From Candidatus Latescibacterota bacterium (GTDB lineage: Bacteria > Latescibacterota > UBA2968 > GCA-2709665): a stretch of 64,000 bases of DNA. Position numbers and translations under genes: made by a program. Location: the NCBI GenBank assembly GCA_965222075.1, contig OZ244937.1:4000001-4064000 (forward strand), read 5' to 3'. Each line of letters opens with the position of its first letter. The stretch's first letter is position 1. The notes below the pieces were generated by a model. The model made no database searches and was not told where the DNA came from. It worked only from the letters and a program-made list of their open reading frames with translations. Of this stretch, positions 31,343 through 41,346 are shown one piece after another.

Positions 31343-31687
31343 TCATGCTTTCCCAAACCGAATCGACCGCACCACCTCCCGGCCGACCGACCGATTGAGC
31401 CGTTCACGGATCCGCTCCCGCTCAAACAAAAGCCGGTGTCGCCAGGCGTCTTGCCTCACCAAAACCCGCAACTCTCCCCGGCGAATCGTATCCGGACGGG
31501 TTACCTGCCCCCCCACCTCCCCGACCACTTCCGCCACAACAACAGGCCACAACAACAGGGCGCGCTGTTCTAAGATCTTGGTCTCGATCCCCAGCTCGTC
31601 AATCACACGCCGCAGCCCATCTCCCAGCGACACCGGAGCCGATGTCCTCCAAACCTCCCACCCGATACTCCGCCCTCGCTTCGCCAC
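31343..31687 (-). CDS. dciA: DUF721 / DciA helicase loader
   Basis: W..VV..VGGQVTRP..I..G.L.V; canonical position between recF and gyrB. Confidence 0.8.
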   Translation of the reverse strand: MAKRGRSIGWEVWRTSAPVSLGDGLRRVIDELGIETKILEQRALLLWPVVVAEVVGEVGGQVTRPDTIRRGELRVLVRQDAWRHRLLFERERIRERLNRSVGREVVRSIRFGKA

Positions 31688-31724
31688 TGCCTGACCTCGC
31701 TTAATACAGTCTGTTATGTTCCCT

Positions 31725-31753
31725 GAGTAAAAGAAAGGTTATTTTCCAAGCAG
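31725..31753. repeat. 29-bp dispersed repeat, copy 2
   Basis: GAGTAAAAGAAAGGTTATTTTCCAAGCAG. Confidence 0.9.
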
Positions 31754-31764
31754 CCTCAAAAAGC

Positions 31765-32850
31765 CTACAACTCCACCAGACGGAAGCCCTGCGCCCCAAA
31801 AGTCAGATCCGGATCCCGGGCCGAGGTGAGCACCACCTGCCCGAAAGACGTGACCAGGTCCATCAGCGAAAGCGCACGACTTCGGTCCAATTCTGAGAAA
31901 ATATCGTCCATCAACAGCACGGGTCGGCGCTGCGTCCGGGCCTCTAAAAAGGCCCCCTCGGCCAGCTTCCATGCCAACAAGACGCTCTTGAGCTGCCCCT
32001 GGGAGGCAAACTGATGCGCCCCCCGCCCGTCCAGTGTAAAAACCAGATTGTCCCGATGGGGACCGCTCAACGTAAACCCCAGGCCCACCTCTTCTGCACG
32101 TCGTTCATCCAGCGCCGAGGCCAGGATCTCCCGGCCCTGGTCCCGTTTGGCGGGTGGCACCAGGCTGCGGTAGACCGTGTGAAGCTGCTCGGACGTAGAG
32201 GCAATCCGCCGATAATACGCTTCGATCATCGGCTGGGTCTCATCCAGCGCGTCCATCCGGTGCTGGATAATCCGCGCGCCGTGCTCGGCAAGCTGCGCAT
32301 CCCAGGGGGCCAGTTGCGCAGGGTCGGAAAGCAGCTGCGTTCGACGGTCTCTCAGGAGTCGATTTCGCTGGGCAAGCACCCGGTAGTAGTGCTTCAGATC
32401 CGAAAGATAGGAGGCGTTCGACTGGGAAACGAGAATATCCAGAATGCGTCGGCGTTGCAGGGGGTCGCGCAGCACCAGATCCACATCTTCGGGAGAGAAA
32501 AGAACAGCGTTGAAGGCGCCAACCAAGCAGGAGAGGCGAGAAAGAGGGTGGTCTTTGAGATAGGCCTTCTTTTTTCCAACACGTGAATCGTATGCAATCC
32601 GAATGGGAAGCGACTGATCTTCGCGTTCCACAACCGCGTCGACACTGAAGTAGTTTGCTCCCCAACGCAGGACGTGCCGATCTTTTGCGCCCCGGCCGGA
32701 CTTGGCAATGGCCAGAAAGTAGATCGCCTCTAAGAGATTCGACTTGCCCCGCGCATTGTCACCGCATACAGCCGTCTTGTCTTTGTCGAAGGTAAATTCG
32801 GCTTGCTCGAAGTTCCTGAAATTCGCCAGCTTAAGCGCCGAAATGTACAA
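31765..32850 (-). CDS. recF: DNA replication/repair protein RecF
   Basis: NFRNF, GDNARGKSNLLEAI, GPHRD, SQGQ, LLMDDIFSELD. Confidence 0.97.
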   Translation of the reverse strand: MYISALKLANFRNFEQAEFTFDKDKTAVCGDNARGKSNLLEAIYFLAIAKSGRGAKDRHVLRWGANYFSVDAVVEREDQSLPIRIAYDSRVGKKKAYLKDHPLSRLSCLVGAFNAVLFSPEDVDLVLRDPLQRRRILDILVSQSNASYLSDLKHYYRVLAQRNRLLRDRRTQLLSDPAQLAPWDAQLAEHGARIIQHRMDALDETQPMIEAYYRRIASTSEQLHTVYRSLVPPAKRDQGREILASALDERRAEEVGLGFTLSGPHRDNLVFTLDGRGAHQFASQGQLKSVLLAWKLAEGAFLEARTQRRPVLLMDDIFSELDRSRALSLMDLVTSFGQVVLTSARDPDLTFGAQGFRLVEL

Positions 32851-32863
32851 GGGAAATCATCCG

Positions 32864-34051
32864 TCAGTCGCTAAGACGAAGCGGCATAAGCAAACAGAGA
32901 TAATCTTCGCCCTCCGGCTGATCCGCGGGTCGGATAATCCCGGCGGTAACAGGACTGTCCAGTTCGAACATAACCTGCTCTGAGTCGATCCGCCGAAGGA
33001 TGTCCTGAAGGTAGGCGGAGTTGTATCCGATCGCCATTTCTTCGTCGTTATAATCGGCCTCTAAGACCTCCCGGGCCTCTCCACCGATCTCCTGGCTGGT
33101 CGCCGAAAGTTCAATCTCATTTGCGTTTAGCCTGAAACGGACCTGGTGATTCTGAGAACTCGACAGAATAGAGACCCGTCGCACAGCAGGCGAAAGGAGA
33201 CTGTTGGAGACCTTCAGCCGTTTTCCATTGGCCTGCGGGATCACCTGTTCATAATCTACATAGGGGCCCTCAATCAGACGGGAGAAAAGGCGTATCCCCC
33301 CGCCCCCTTCCGTCCCATTCGCGCCAGACATCGAGAGGCTGAACATCAGGTGATTCTGCCCAAACTGCACCCGGTCCAGCTTACCCCCCGCCGACATCAA
33401 CTTCACAAGGTGATTGAGCGCCCGGGTCGGAACGATAGCCTCGGTACCCCCGCCCGACGGGGACGCCGGCATCGCTTTGGAATACTTGACCAGACGAGCA
33501 CCATCCGTTGCGACCATGGTCATACGGCCCTCCCCCACCTGCCACAGCACCCCATTGAGCACCGGCCGCGTCTCATCCCTTGAAACCGCAAAGGCCGTCC
33601 TGAAGATCATATCCCGGAGCAGGTGCCCGTCCTCCGACGCCTCGTCCGTTCCGGAAAACGCCATGTCAGGGCCCTCGATTTCCCCGGGCAGATCTGGAAA
33701 ATCGTCTGCAGACACAGACATAAGGGCATACGTCCCCTCAGCGCCCCCCTGCCTCTTTATAGTCACCCGTTCCGACTCGGCGTGCAACTCAACCGCTTCC
33801 TCCGGCAATTCCCGAACGATCTCTGCAAACTTCCGGGCAGGTACCGTTGTCGAACCGGGGACCTCCACCGAGGCCGAAACCCCACACAGAATAGAGATAT
33901 CCAGATCGGTGGCGGAAAAACGTATCCCCTCGGTCTCGCTCACATCAACCAGGATGTTTGAGAGCACCGGCAAGGCCGTTTTGGACGGCACAATGTCTAA
34001 AACGGCGTTCACACCCCTGAGCAATTCGTCCCGATCGATCACAACCTTCAT
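32864..34051 (-). CDS. dnaN: DNA polymerase III beta clamp
   Basis: LPVLSNIL, ATDLD, DETRPVLNG, VATDG, SRLIEG.Y, LLMPLR. Confidence 0.97.
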   Translation of the reverse strand: MKVVIDRDELLRGVNAVLDIVPSKTALPVLSNILVDVSETEGIRFSATDLDISILCGVSASVEVPGSTTVPARKFAEIVRELPEEAVELHAESERVTIKRQGGAEGTYALMSVSADDFPDLPGEIEGPDMAFSGTDEASEDGHLLRDMIFRTAFAVSRDETRPVLNGVLWQVGEGRMTMVATDGARLVKYSKAMPASPSGGGTEAIVPTRALNHLVKLMSAGGKLDRVQFGQNHLMFSLSMSGANGTEGGGGIRLFSRLIEGPYVDYEQVIPQANGKRLKVSNSLLSPAVRRVSILSSSQNHQVRFRLNANEIELSATSQEIGGEAREVLEADYNDEEMAIGYNSAYLQDILRRIDSEQVMFELDSPVTAGIIRPADQPEGEDYLCLLMPLRLSD

Positions 34052-34589
34052 GGTCCCCAACCCCCTCAGCGATAAAAGGCCTTTAAAAGCAGAGTGAATC
34101 TCCCCGCACAAAGCGCGGGGCATCTCAGCTGAGAATGCTCCAGAGCATTCAATATACGCATTCATCCAGAGGCGAGATGAATACAATAATTAAACGCTTA
34201 TGCCAAAATCTCTCCTCTGGTTCTTGCACTGAGCAGTACTGTGTGGCACTACCGCAATTGATTTCCCGCCAAAATCTTCCATGAACCCAAAAAGGGGCTT
34301 AAAACCACCAAAAACAAGCCGCGTTTTCGCCCCCCCTGTATTCTGACGTAATATACTGATTTTTATCGAAGTTGTCAATATATTTTTGCCGATCTATCCC
34401 CCTTTCGGAAGGGGCAAAAATCACACGACAACAATACCCTTATAACCCTGGCCACTGTGATTGGTTCATATAAGATTTTTTACCCGTCTTTTACCATTCC
34501 GTTCCGTTTCCCAAGCCGCGAACGCTCCGCGTCTCCAATACGCCGATCCAATCCATTCACAAACCAGAGGACAGCTGTACATATTCCCA

Positions 34590-35000
34590 ATTTGATATTA
34601 TCCACACAGAACACATGTGGATAACATGGCCGCTTTTTCTCACCTCCAGTCGGAGATATATAAAACAACACATTATTTACAAACATGTTACACGAATTGT
34701 GCACAGTCCTGTGCACAGCCCGCCTCGATGTGAAAAACAATCTGGACACAGTGTGGATAGAATCTGTGGAAATCCTGTTCACAATCCACACTGTGGATAA
34801 CACCCCATTTTTGCACACGCATTTCACACAGCATTCACACACACAGTTCTGCCTTCATTCCCCGATCACCAGTAGCCTGCCAAAGGATTTGGACCACAGC
34901 CCACGTTATCCACCCTTTCCACAGAGTCGTTGTTGTCGTTGTTTTTATCTTGACTTGATACTTATTTATGGAAAAGATAGAAGCTTTGTGAGAAACCCAA
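34590..35000. other. Chromosomal replication origin oriC
   Basis: DnaA boxes TTATCCACA 34598, TGTGGATAA 34616 and 34792, TGTGGATAG 34752, tandem TTATCCACC/CTTTCCACA 34906-34923, then trinucleotide repeats and an AT-rich tract; dnaA-dnaN intergenic. Confidence 0.92.
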
Positions 35001-35086
35001 CAAAAAAAGGGTTGAAACCTGAATCAGAAAGTCAGATTTCAACCTTTCGCAAAATTGAAAGAATAATGTGTAAAAGCAACGGTGTT

Positions 35087-36475
35087 CTAAGCAACCAACC
35101 GACCCTGAATATGATCCCGCAATTGGGCGATCATATCTCCAAATCCCGGATCTTTGTTAAGCTTCTGTTCTACATTCCTGCAAGCGTAGATGACCGTGGT
35201 ATGGTCCCGGTTTCCAAAATGGCTTCCAATTGCCTTCAACGGCGCGCCCGTCAGGGACTTGCACAGGTACATACCTGCGTGGCGGGCCGCTGTAATTTCC
35301 TGCTTCCGGGTGGACCCGATGAGCGTCTCGATGGGAATATGAAAGAAATCAGCTGTCGCCTTCTGGATCTCCTCAATTCCGATCGAAGGTGTCGCACGCG
35401 TTGAGCGCCTCAGCAGGGCCTGGCGGGCCAGGTCAATAGAAACGGTCTGATGCTTATGGGCCGCAAACGCAACCAGACGGGTCAACGCCCCTTCCAACTC
35501 CCGGATATTCGAGTCGATTTGCACTGCCAGAAACCGCGCCACATCGTGAGACAGGTCAATCCCCCGTTCCTCAGCCTTCTGATTCAAAATAGCAATCCGG
35601 GTCTCTAAATCGGGGACCTCGATATCTGTCACCAGCCCCCACTGCAATCTGGATATCAAACGGTCCTCAAACCCCTTAAGCGTAGCGGGAGGTCGGTCAG
35701 AACTGATCACCACCTGTTTGTCATTCTGAGAAAGCGCATTGAAGGTATGAATAAACTCCCGCTGACACCCCTCGGTTTGCACATAAAATTGGATGTCGTC
35801 AATCAAGAGTACATCGGCTTTGCGATAGGTTTTCACAAACTCTGAGTGATCGTTCTGCCTCATCGAAGCAATATAGTCCGAAATAAATTGTTCTGCCGTC
35901 ACATAGACCACACGCTCCGCCGTCCTGTTCCGAACGCAAAAATCGCCGACCGCCTGGAGCAAGTGGGTCTTTCCCAGACCGACGCCCCCATAGATAAACA
36001 GGGGGTTGAACGCCGTCTGGCCGGGAGATTCCGCCACTGACCGCGCAGCGGTAAAGGTGAACTCATTGCTCCCCCCAACCACAAACTGTTCAAATCGGTA
36101 TCGGGGATTCAGGGGAAATACGGGCTTAACCTCCCCTGGCACATCCCGTTGGGGAGCCGGGGGCACGAGCGGTTCTGTCGGGTCGGCCAGAGAAAAATCC
36201 ACGGGTCCCTGTGCCTGCCCCGGTTCCTCTCTGACAACGAACACCAGAAAGGGTTTCCAGGTCGTCTCTTCCTCAAGCGTGGACTGGATCAACCACGAGT
36301 AGTGCTCTTCCAGCCAGTCCGCAAAAAAAGAGGTGGGAACCTCAATAACCGCCTTCTCTGCGCAGATGTGCTTTGAAGACGTCGGACCAAACCACGTCTG
36401 GAAACTCTGGGGTTGGATCTTGCGTTTGATCGACTGCAGGCACCGGGCCCAAAGGTCGGATGGGTTGTCTAACAT
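35087..36475 (-). CDS. dnaA: Replication initiator DnaA
   Basis: FNPLFIYGGVGLGKTHLL, LLIDDIQF, NIRELEGAL, RDHTTV. Confidence 0.99.
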   Translation of the reverse strand: MLDNPSDLWARCLQSIKRKIQPQSFQTWFGPTSSKHICAEKAVIEVPTSFFADWLEEHYSWLIQSTLEEETTWKPFLVFVVREEPGQAQGPVDFSLADPTEPLVPPAPQRDVPGEVKPVFPLNPRYRFEQFVVGGSNEFTFTAARSVAESPGQTAFNPLFIYGGVGLGKTHLLQAVGDFCVRNRTAERVVYVTAEQFISDYIASMRQNDHSEFVKTYRKADVLLIDDIQFYVQTEGCQREFIHTFNALSQNDKQVVISSDRPPATLKGFEDRLISRLQWGLVTDIEVPDLETRIAILNQKAEERGIDLSHDVARFLAVQIDSNIRELEGALTRLVAFAAHKHQTVSIDLARQALLRRSTRATPSIGIEEIQKATADFFHIPIETLIGSTRKQEITAARHAGMYLCKSLTGAPLKAIGSHFGNRDHTTVIYACRNVEQKLNKDPGFGDMIAQLRDHIQGRLVA

Positions 36476-37182
36476 AGGGCAAACACATCCACACCACTAA
36501 TGAGGCAAAACCCTCATCCGTAAGGAGAAGATCACCAGATTGGAAAAAGGTAAGATTATCGGCCTTTGTCCTCGCTTAGACCGCAGACGATGGTGGGAGG
36601 TATCCAAAAGGACGCGTCGTGTCCTGAGACAGGCGGCGCGATAAGGCCTGTACAAGCACCCAAAACAAGCTGGATACAGTCCGTTAGTCTGGGGGAAATG
36701 CAGCAAGACAGGGAAAACAAAAACCTGAGGGAGACCCCGGTGGACAGCCCATCCGGGGGGTAGGATGACAAGAAATTACGGAATAGAGAACCAAATGTCA
36801 AGCCCTTTTTGGCGCAGTCAAAAAAGGGAAATCTACCTGATTGGTATTGGTAATTTTGGATGCAACCACAGTGGCCGGCAATTCTTTTATCGTCCGGATA
36901 TGATCTGTTAAGCCAGCCGCCATAGCCGGTGAGCGGGGCAGCCAACATCGCTTGCCCTGCTTGTGTTCAACCCGCAAGGGTTTGATTTTTTCCAACAGCA
37001 CGTCCAATGTGCCAGACATAGGTCCCCAGGGCATCGATCTGAACCCGTAGTGAGGGCAAAGGTTTGTAAAAGCAGAGAACAACATATATGCACATGAAAT
37101 ACAAGATAATGCGATAAATAAATTTTATCCTACAATATATTGTATATACCGGTCTAAAAAATATCGCCTGGTTCGGTTCAAG

Positions 37183-37191
37183 TTGTCCACA
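37183..37191 (+). promoter_or_regulatory. DnaA box upstream of dnaA
   Basis: TTGTCCACA (1 mismatch to consensus). Confidence 0.45.
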
Positions 37192-37227
37192 ACAGTGTCC
37201 AGTTGGGGTTTTTGCTACAATTCTGGG

Positions 37228-37277
37228 CCTGCCTGTCCGGGGGACCTGTCTGCCGACGAGGCAGGCAGACAGGCAGG
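37228..37277. repeat. Nested CCTG mini-palindromes (29 bp outer + 21 bp inner at 37245-37265)
   Basis: CCTGCCTGTCCGGGGGA[CCTGTCTGCCGACGAGGCAGG]CAGACAGGCAGG. Confidence 0.88.
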
Positions 37278-37364
37278 CGTTTTTTGACATAAGCTCTTGT
37301 TTTAATAGGCTGATAACCTATGCAATGTTCACCCGGTCCCCTCCCCCGCCTAAACCAAAAAGCC

Positions 37365-37393
37365 TTGACAAAGTCCTCCTGCTCATCTATATT
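37365..37393 (+). promoter_or_regulatory. Sigma70 promoter of the rpmH operon
   Basis: TTGACA-17 bp-TATATT. Confidence 0.7.
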
Positions 37394-37478
37394 CATAACT
37401 CTCTGTGCGTCATCCGGATACCTGTAAACAGAAGACACCCAATCCTCACTTTATCGCCCTTTGAAAGGCATACCCCCA

Positions 37479-37613
37479 ATGAAACGGACGTTTCAGCCCA
37501 GCAAACGAAAGCGAAAAAACAAGCACGGCTTTCGGCACCGGATGAGCAGCCCCGGCGGACGTCAGGTACTCAACCGACGACGCCGTAAAGGGCGCAAACG
37601 CCTTTCCGCTTAA
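37479..37613 (+). CDS. rpmH: 50S ribosomal protein L34 (absent from the ORF track)
   Basis: [44 protein letters not shown]. Confidence 0.98.
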   Translation: MKRTFQPSKRKRKNKHGFRHRMSSPGGRQVLNRRRRKGRKRLSA

Positions 37614-37616
37614 TCT

Positions 37617-37946
37617 GTGGGCAGGCCCAACCTCAGGCTGCGGGGAGAAATTCGGAAGCTCTTCAACAGGGGGCGGCTCTATCGGGGCCGGTGGATGACC
37701 GTTCGCATCTGCGACACCGACCTGAGCGCTACCCTCATTTCCGTGAGAAAACGTTTCGGAGGTGCTGTTGTGAGAAACCGGGCACGCCGGCGGCTTCGTG
37801 CCCTCTGCCGCGAGTTGAACCCGCAGCGACACCCCGGACAGCTGCTCCTGGTCTCCATCAGGGACCACGCCCGGGGCAGGGGCTATCGAGACCTCCGAAT
37901 CGATCTCATCTCCGCTTTTAAATCCCTCGGTCTTCTCGACCAGTGA
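37617..37946 (+). CDS. rnpA: RNase P protein component
   Basis: [17 protein letters not shown]; synteny. Confidence 0.92.
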   Translation: MGRPNLRLRGEIRKLFNRGRLYRGRWMTVRICDTDLSATLISVRKRFGGAVVRNRARRRLRALCRELNPQRHPGQLLLVSIRDHARGRGYRDLRIDLISAFKSLGLLDQ

Positions 37947-38152
37947 AACAGGTCGCCATCTGGCTCATACGCGGCTACATCGTCGCCATCTCTCCACTCC
38001 TCCCTCCCCGCTGTCGATACCAGCCAACCTGCTCTCATTACGCCCTCGAAGCCATCCACCGCTACGGATTTCTGTACGGCGGCACCCTCGCCTTGCGCCG
38101 GCTCCTGCGCTGTCACCCCTGGGGGGGCTCAGGCTGCGACCTCGTTCCATAA
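37943..38152 (+). CDS. yidD: Membrane protein insertion efficiency factor
   Basis: [24 protein letters not shown]. Confidence 0.95.
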   Translation: MKQVAIWLIRGYIVAISPLLPPRCRYQPTCSHYALEAIHRYGFLYGGTLALRRLLRCHPWGGSGCDLVP

Positions 38153-38176
38153 CCCCACGCCTAAGGAAACCGCACA

Positions 38177-39865
38177 ATGGACAGACGGACTGTGCTGGCC
38201 TTCGTCCTGATCGGCCTGATCATCATCCTTACTCCCTATTACATCAAGTGGCTCTCAGGCGACCGTCTCCCGCCACCACAGGATCGGTGGGAAGGCCCGG
38301 CCGAAACCAGGCGGACCTCGCCTCCAGTCTCCCAGGCCCCACCATCGATAACCCACCCGCCGGCCGGTGAAAAGACGCCGCCCCCTTCGGATAAGGCCCC
38401 TCCGGAGACCTCGGCGCCCCCCCCCCCTTCCGACTTTACCCCAGAGCAGGTGCTCGTCGAAACGGACCGTTATCTGGCCACCTTTACCACCCGCGGCGGC
38501 CGGCTCACCAGCCTGAAACTGAGGGACTATCGGCACCGAAACGGGGACTGGCTTGAGCTGATCAGGCCCGGCAGCGCAGGGCTGGGGCTCTCGCTGGACG
38601 GTGGGTCGCTGGACGAATTTGAGTTCAAACCCAACCGGAGTGACCTCTCCCTCCACGGCCCCCAACAGGGGGAACTTGTCTTTCGGGCCCGCCCCAACGG
38701 GGTATGGGTGGAGAAGCGTTTCCGGTTTCAGGGCAACAGGTACCGCATCGATATGGGGCTTGTGGTCTCAGGCGCGCAACGGGGGGCGAAACTGGGCGTT
38801 GGGTGGTCCGGGGGCCTGGCCGATACCGAAGCGAATCCCCAGGAGGATGTCGTCCACGCAATGGCGGTCACCCGTGTCGGGGGCGAGGTTGAAACGTGGG
38901 ATGCCCCAGACCTGGGGCCTGAAGTCACCCCACCCTCTGGGAGACTTTCCTGGGTCGGCCTGCGCAACAAATATTTCCTGGCCGCCCTCATCCCCCCTGA
39001 AGGCCGCTACGATTTGAACCTGCAAGGCCGGGTGGAAGTGGGGGCTGAACACTATACCGTCGAAGTTGTTACGGACGTTGACCGGGGGGCCTTTGAATTT
39101 GGGGTCTACGTCGGACCGATTTCCTACGACCTCCTCAGGTCCCAAAACAGAGACCTGTCGGGTAAGCACCAGGAGCTGGAACTGGATGAGTTTATGGACT
39201 ACGGCCCGTTCCTGCGGTCCATCTTCAAACCCATCACCATTCTGATCCTCAAGGCCTTTCTCACCCTGCACCAGATCATTCCCAACTACGGGCTGGTCAT
39301 TATCGTCTTTTCGATTCTGATCAAGATCGTCCTCTTCCCGATGACCCACAAGAGCCTGGAAGCCTCTGCCAGGATGCAGCAGCTTCAACCCAAACTCGCG
39401 GCCCTGAAGGAGAAATACCCCGACGACAAGCAGAAGGTGGGCCAGGAGACGATGAAGCTCTACAAGGAGGAGGGGGTCAACCCGCTTGGGGGATGCCTGC
39501 CCATGATCCCGCAGATGCCCATCCTCTTCTCCCTCTTCAACGTCTTCCGCGGCGCCATCGAGCTCAGGCAGTCCGAGTTTGCCCTCTGGATCGACGACCT
39601 CTCCCAGCCCGACCGTCTCACCATCGGCGGCATCGAAATCCACGTGTTGCCCCTCCTGATGGCGGTCTCGACCTTCCTCCAGTCCAAAATGACGATGAAG
39701 GACCCCAAGCAGGCGATGATGGTCTACATCATGCCTGTCTTCATGACCTTCATCTTCTGGAGCTTCTCCTCGGGGCTGGTCCTCTACTGGACCATGTTCA
39801 ACATCCTCACCGTACTCCAGCAGCAAGTAATGGAAAAGACAAAAGCGACGCTGTCCAGGACATGA
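38177..39865 (+). CDS. yidC: Membrane protein insertase YidC
   Basis: NYGLVII, LYKEEGVNPLGGCLP, LWIDDLSQPD, GLVLYW. Confidence 0.97.
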   Translation: MDRRTVLAFVLIGLIIILTPYYIKWLSGDRLPPPQDRWEGPAETRRTSPPVSQAPPSITHPPAGEKTPPPSDKAPPETSAPPPPSDFTPEQVLVETDRYLATFTTRGGRLTSLKLRDYRHRNGDWLELIRPGSAGLGLSLDGGSLDEFEFKPNRSDLSLHGPQQGELVFRARPNGVWVEKRFRFQGNRYRIDMGLVVSGAQRGAKLGVGWSGGLADTEANPQEDVVHAMAVTRVGGEVETWDAPDLGPEVTPPSGRLSWVGLRNKYFLAALIPPEGRYDLNLQGRVEVGAEHYTVEVVTDVDRGAFEFGVYVGPISYDLLRSQNRDLSGKHQELELDEFMDYGPFLRSIFKPITILILKAFLTLHQIIPNYGLVIIVFSILIKIVLFPMTHKSLEASARMQQLQPKLAALKEKYPDDKQKVGQETMKLYKEEGVNPLGGCLPMIPQMPILFSLFNVFRGAIELRQSEFALWIDDLSQPDRLTIGGIEIHVLPLLMAVSTFLQSKMTMKDPKQAMMVYIMPVFMTFIFWSFSSGLVLYWTMFNILTVLQQQVMEKTKATLSRT

Positions 39866-39877
39866 GGAACCCATTCC

Positions 39878-41239
39878 GTGCGCCCCTCCGATCGAGATAC
39901 CATCGTGGCGGTGACCACCCCCCCAGGCGAAGGGGCGATCGGCATCGTGCGCTTGAGCGGCCCTCAGGCCGTTGAGATCGCCGCCCCGTGCTTCCGGTCT
40001 GGACAGAAGCTGCACGAGGTCGCGAACCGGCGGCTGACCTATGGGCGGTTTGTGATTGGGGACCAGGACCTCGACGAGGTCCTGGTCGCTGTGATGAGGT
40101 CCCCCCGCACCTACACCGGTGAAGATCTCGTCGAATTCAACTGCCATGGGGGGGCCCTGTTGCTTCGGCGTGTCGTCGAAGCCCTCGTGGACGGAGGCGC
40201 CCGGATCGCCGAACGGGGAGAGTTCACCAGGCGGGCCTTCTTAAACGGTCGGATCGATCTGACCCAGGCCGAGGCTGTGGCCGACCTGATCGCCGCCCGA
40301 TCCGACCTGAGCCTGCGGTCCGCCTATTTTCAACTGCGAGGGGGGCTGAGGGTCAGGTTTGAATCGATGGCCGAAGATCTGCGCCAGGCCCTGGCCCTGC
40401 TGGAGGCGGGCCTGGATTTCTCCGAGGATGTCGAGATCGACCCTCAGACCGTGCGCCTGCCCCTCAGTCGGGCGGCCGAAGGGGTGGACCGTCTAATTGC
40501 ATCCTACACCCGGGGCAAGATCGTCCGAGACGGCGCCCTGGTCACCTTTGCCGGCAGGCCCAATGTTGGCAAGTCCAGCCTCCTGAACCGGCTTCTGGAA
40601 GAGGACCGCGCCATCGTCACCCCCATCCCTGGAACCACCCGCGACACGATTGAAGAGGCTGTCACCCTGGATGGACTCCGGATCACCCTGGTTGATACGG
40701 CCGGCATTCGCAAGGCCGGGAACCCCGTGGAACGGGAGGGCACACGCCGGTCCCAACGGTCGATTGAACAGGCCGACCTGGTCCTCCTCGTGGTCGACGC
40801 ATCGGAGGCCCCCAGGAACAGGGACCTCAGGCTGATTCAGGACCTGCAGGGGCGGTCGGCGCTCCTGGTATTGAACAAACGCGATATGGGCAGCCACCCC
40901 GCCTGGGAGGCCACGCGCCGGGAAAACCAGCGAATCCCGGTTTCCGCCCTCACCGGCCAGGGCATCGACGGCCTGCGGGCAGCGGTCCGCACCGCCGTTC
41001 TGGCCGGCCTTCCCCCTCAGGAAGCCGAAGTGTTGACCCACGAACGCCATGTGGAATCCCTCGTACGTGCGGGGGGTGCCCTCAACAGGGCTGAGGAGAC
41101 GCTCCGGGCTGGCCTCCCTGGAGAATTGGTTGCCATGGAGCTTAGAGAGGCCCTCGACGCCTTGGGCGAGATCATCGGCGAGACCACCTCGGACGCGATA
41201 CTCGACCGGATCTTCCAGACCTTCTGTGTTGGGAAATAG
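39878..41239 (+). CDS. mnmE: tRNA modification GTPase MnmE
   Basis: DTIVAVTT, GEFTRRAFLNGRIDL, GRPNVGKSS, FCVGK. Confidence 0.98.
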   Translation: MRPSDRDTIVAVTTPPGEGAIGIVRLSGPQAVEIAAPCFRSGQKLHEVANRRLTYGRFVIGDQDLDEVLVAVMRSPRTYTGEDLVEFNCHGGALLLRRVVEALVDGGARIAERGEFTRRAFLNGRIDLTQAEAVADLIAARSDLSLRSAYFQLRGGLRVRFESMAEDLRQALALLEAGLDFSEDVEIDPQTVRLPLSRAAEGVDRLIASYTRGKIVRDGALVTFAGRPNVGKSSLLNRLLEEDRAIVTPIPGTTRDTIEEAVTLDGLRITLVDTAGIRKAGNPVEREGTRRSQRSIEQADLVLLVVDASEAPRNRDLRLIQDLQGRSALLVLNKRDMGSHPAWEATRRENQRIPVSALTGQGIDGLRAAVRTAVLAGLPPQEAEVLTHERHVESLVRAGGALNRAEETLRAGLPGELVAMELREALDALGEIIGETTSDAILDRIFQTFCVGK

Positions 41240-41243
41240 GGTA

Positions 41244-41259
41244 TGTTCCACGTGAAACA
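41244..41259. promoter_or_regulatory. parS site
   Basis: TGTTCCACGTGAAACA. Confidence 0.93.
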
Positions 41260-41286
41260 CCAGGGCTGGAGAAGCAGAACCGGAGA

Positions 41287-41302
41287 TGTTTCACGTGGAA
41301 CA
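41287..41302. promoter_or_regulatory. parS site
   Basis: TGTTTCACGTGGAACA. Confidence 0.93.
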
Positions 41303-41346
41303 TGGCAAAACGGTGCGTGGGGAGCTTGGATGGAACAGGAGGAACC

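Noticed and set aside
34190-35404. ORFs 34190-34378, 34480-34842, 34615-34800 and 34685-35404
   Set aside because: Translations of DnaA-box DNA or antisense to dnaA; no protein motifs
36476-37478. ncRNA or small genes in the 1-kb dnaA-rpmH spacer
   Set aside because: Some hairpins, but no recognisable RNA family or credible ORF; needs an Rfam/Infernal search
38768-40147. Long antisense ORFs (also 48453-49871, 28665-29831, 18290-19264, 2921-4066, 63291-63983)
   Set aside because: Shadow frames of well-supported genes in GC-rich DNA
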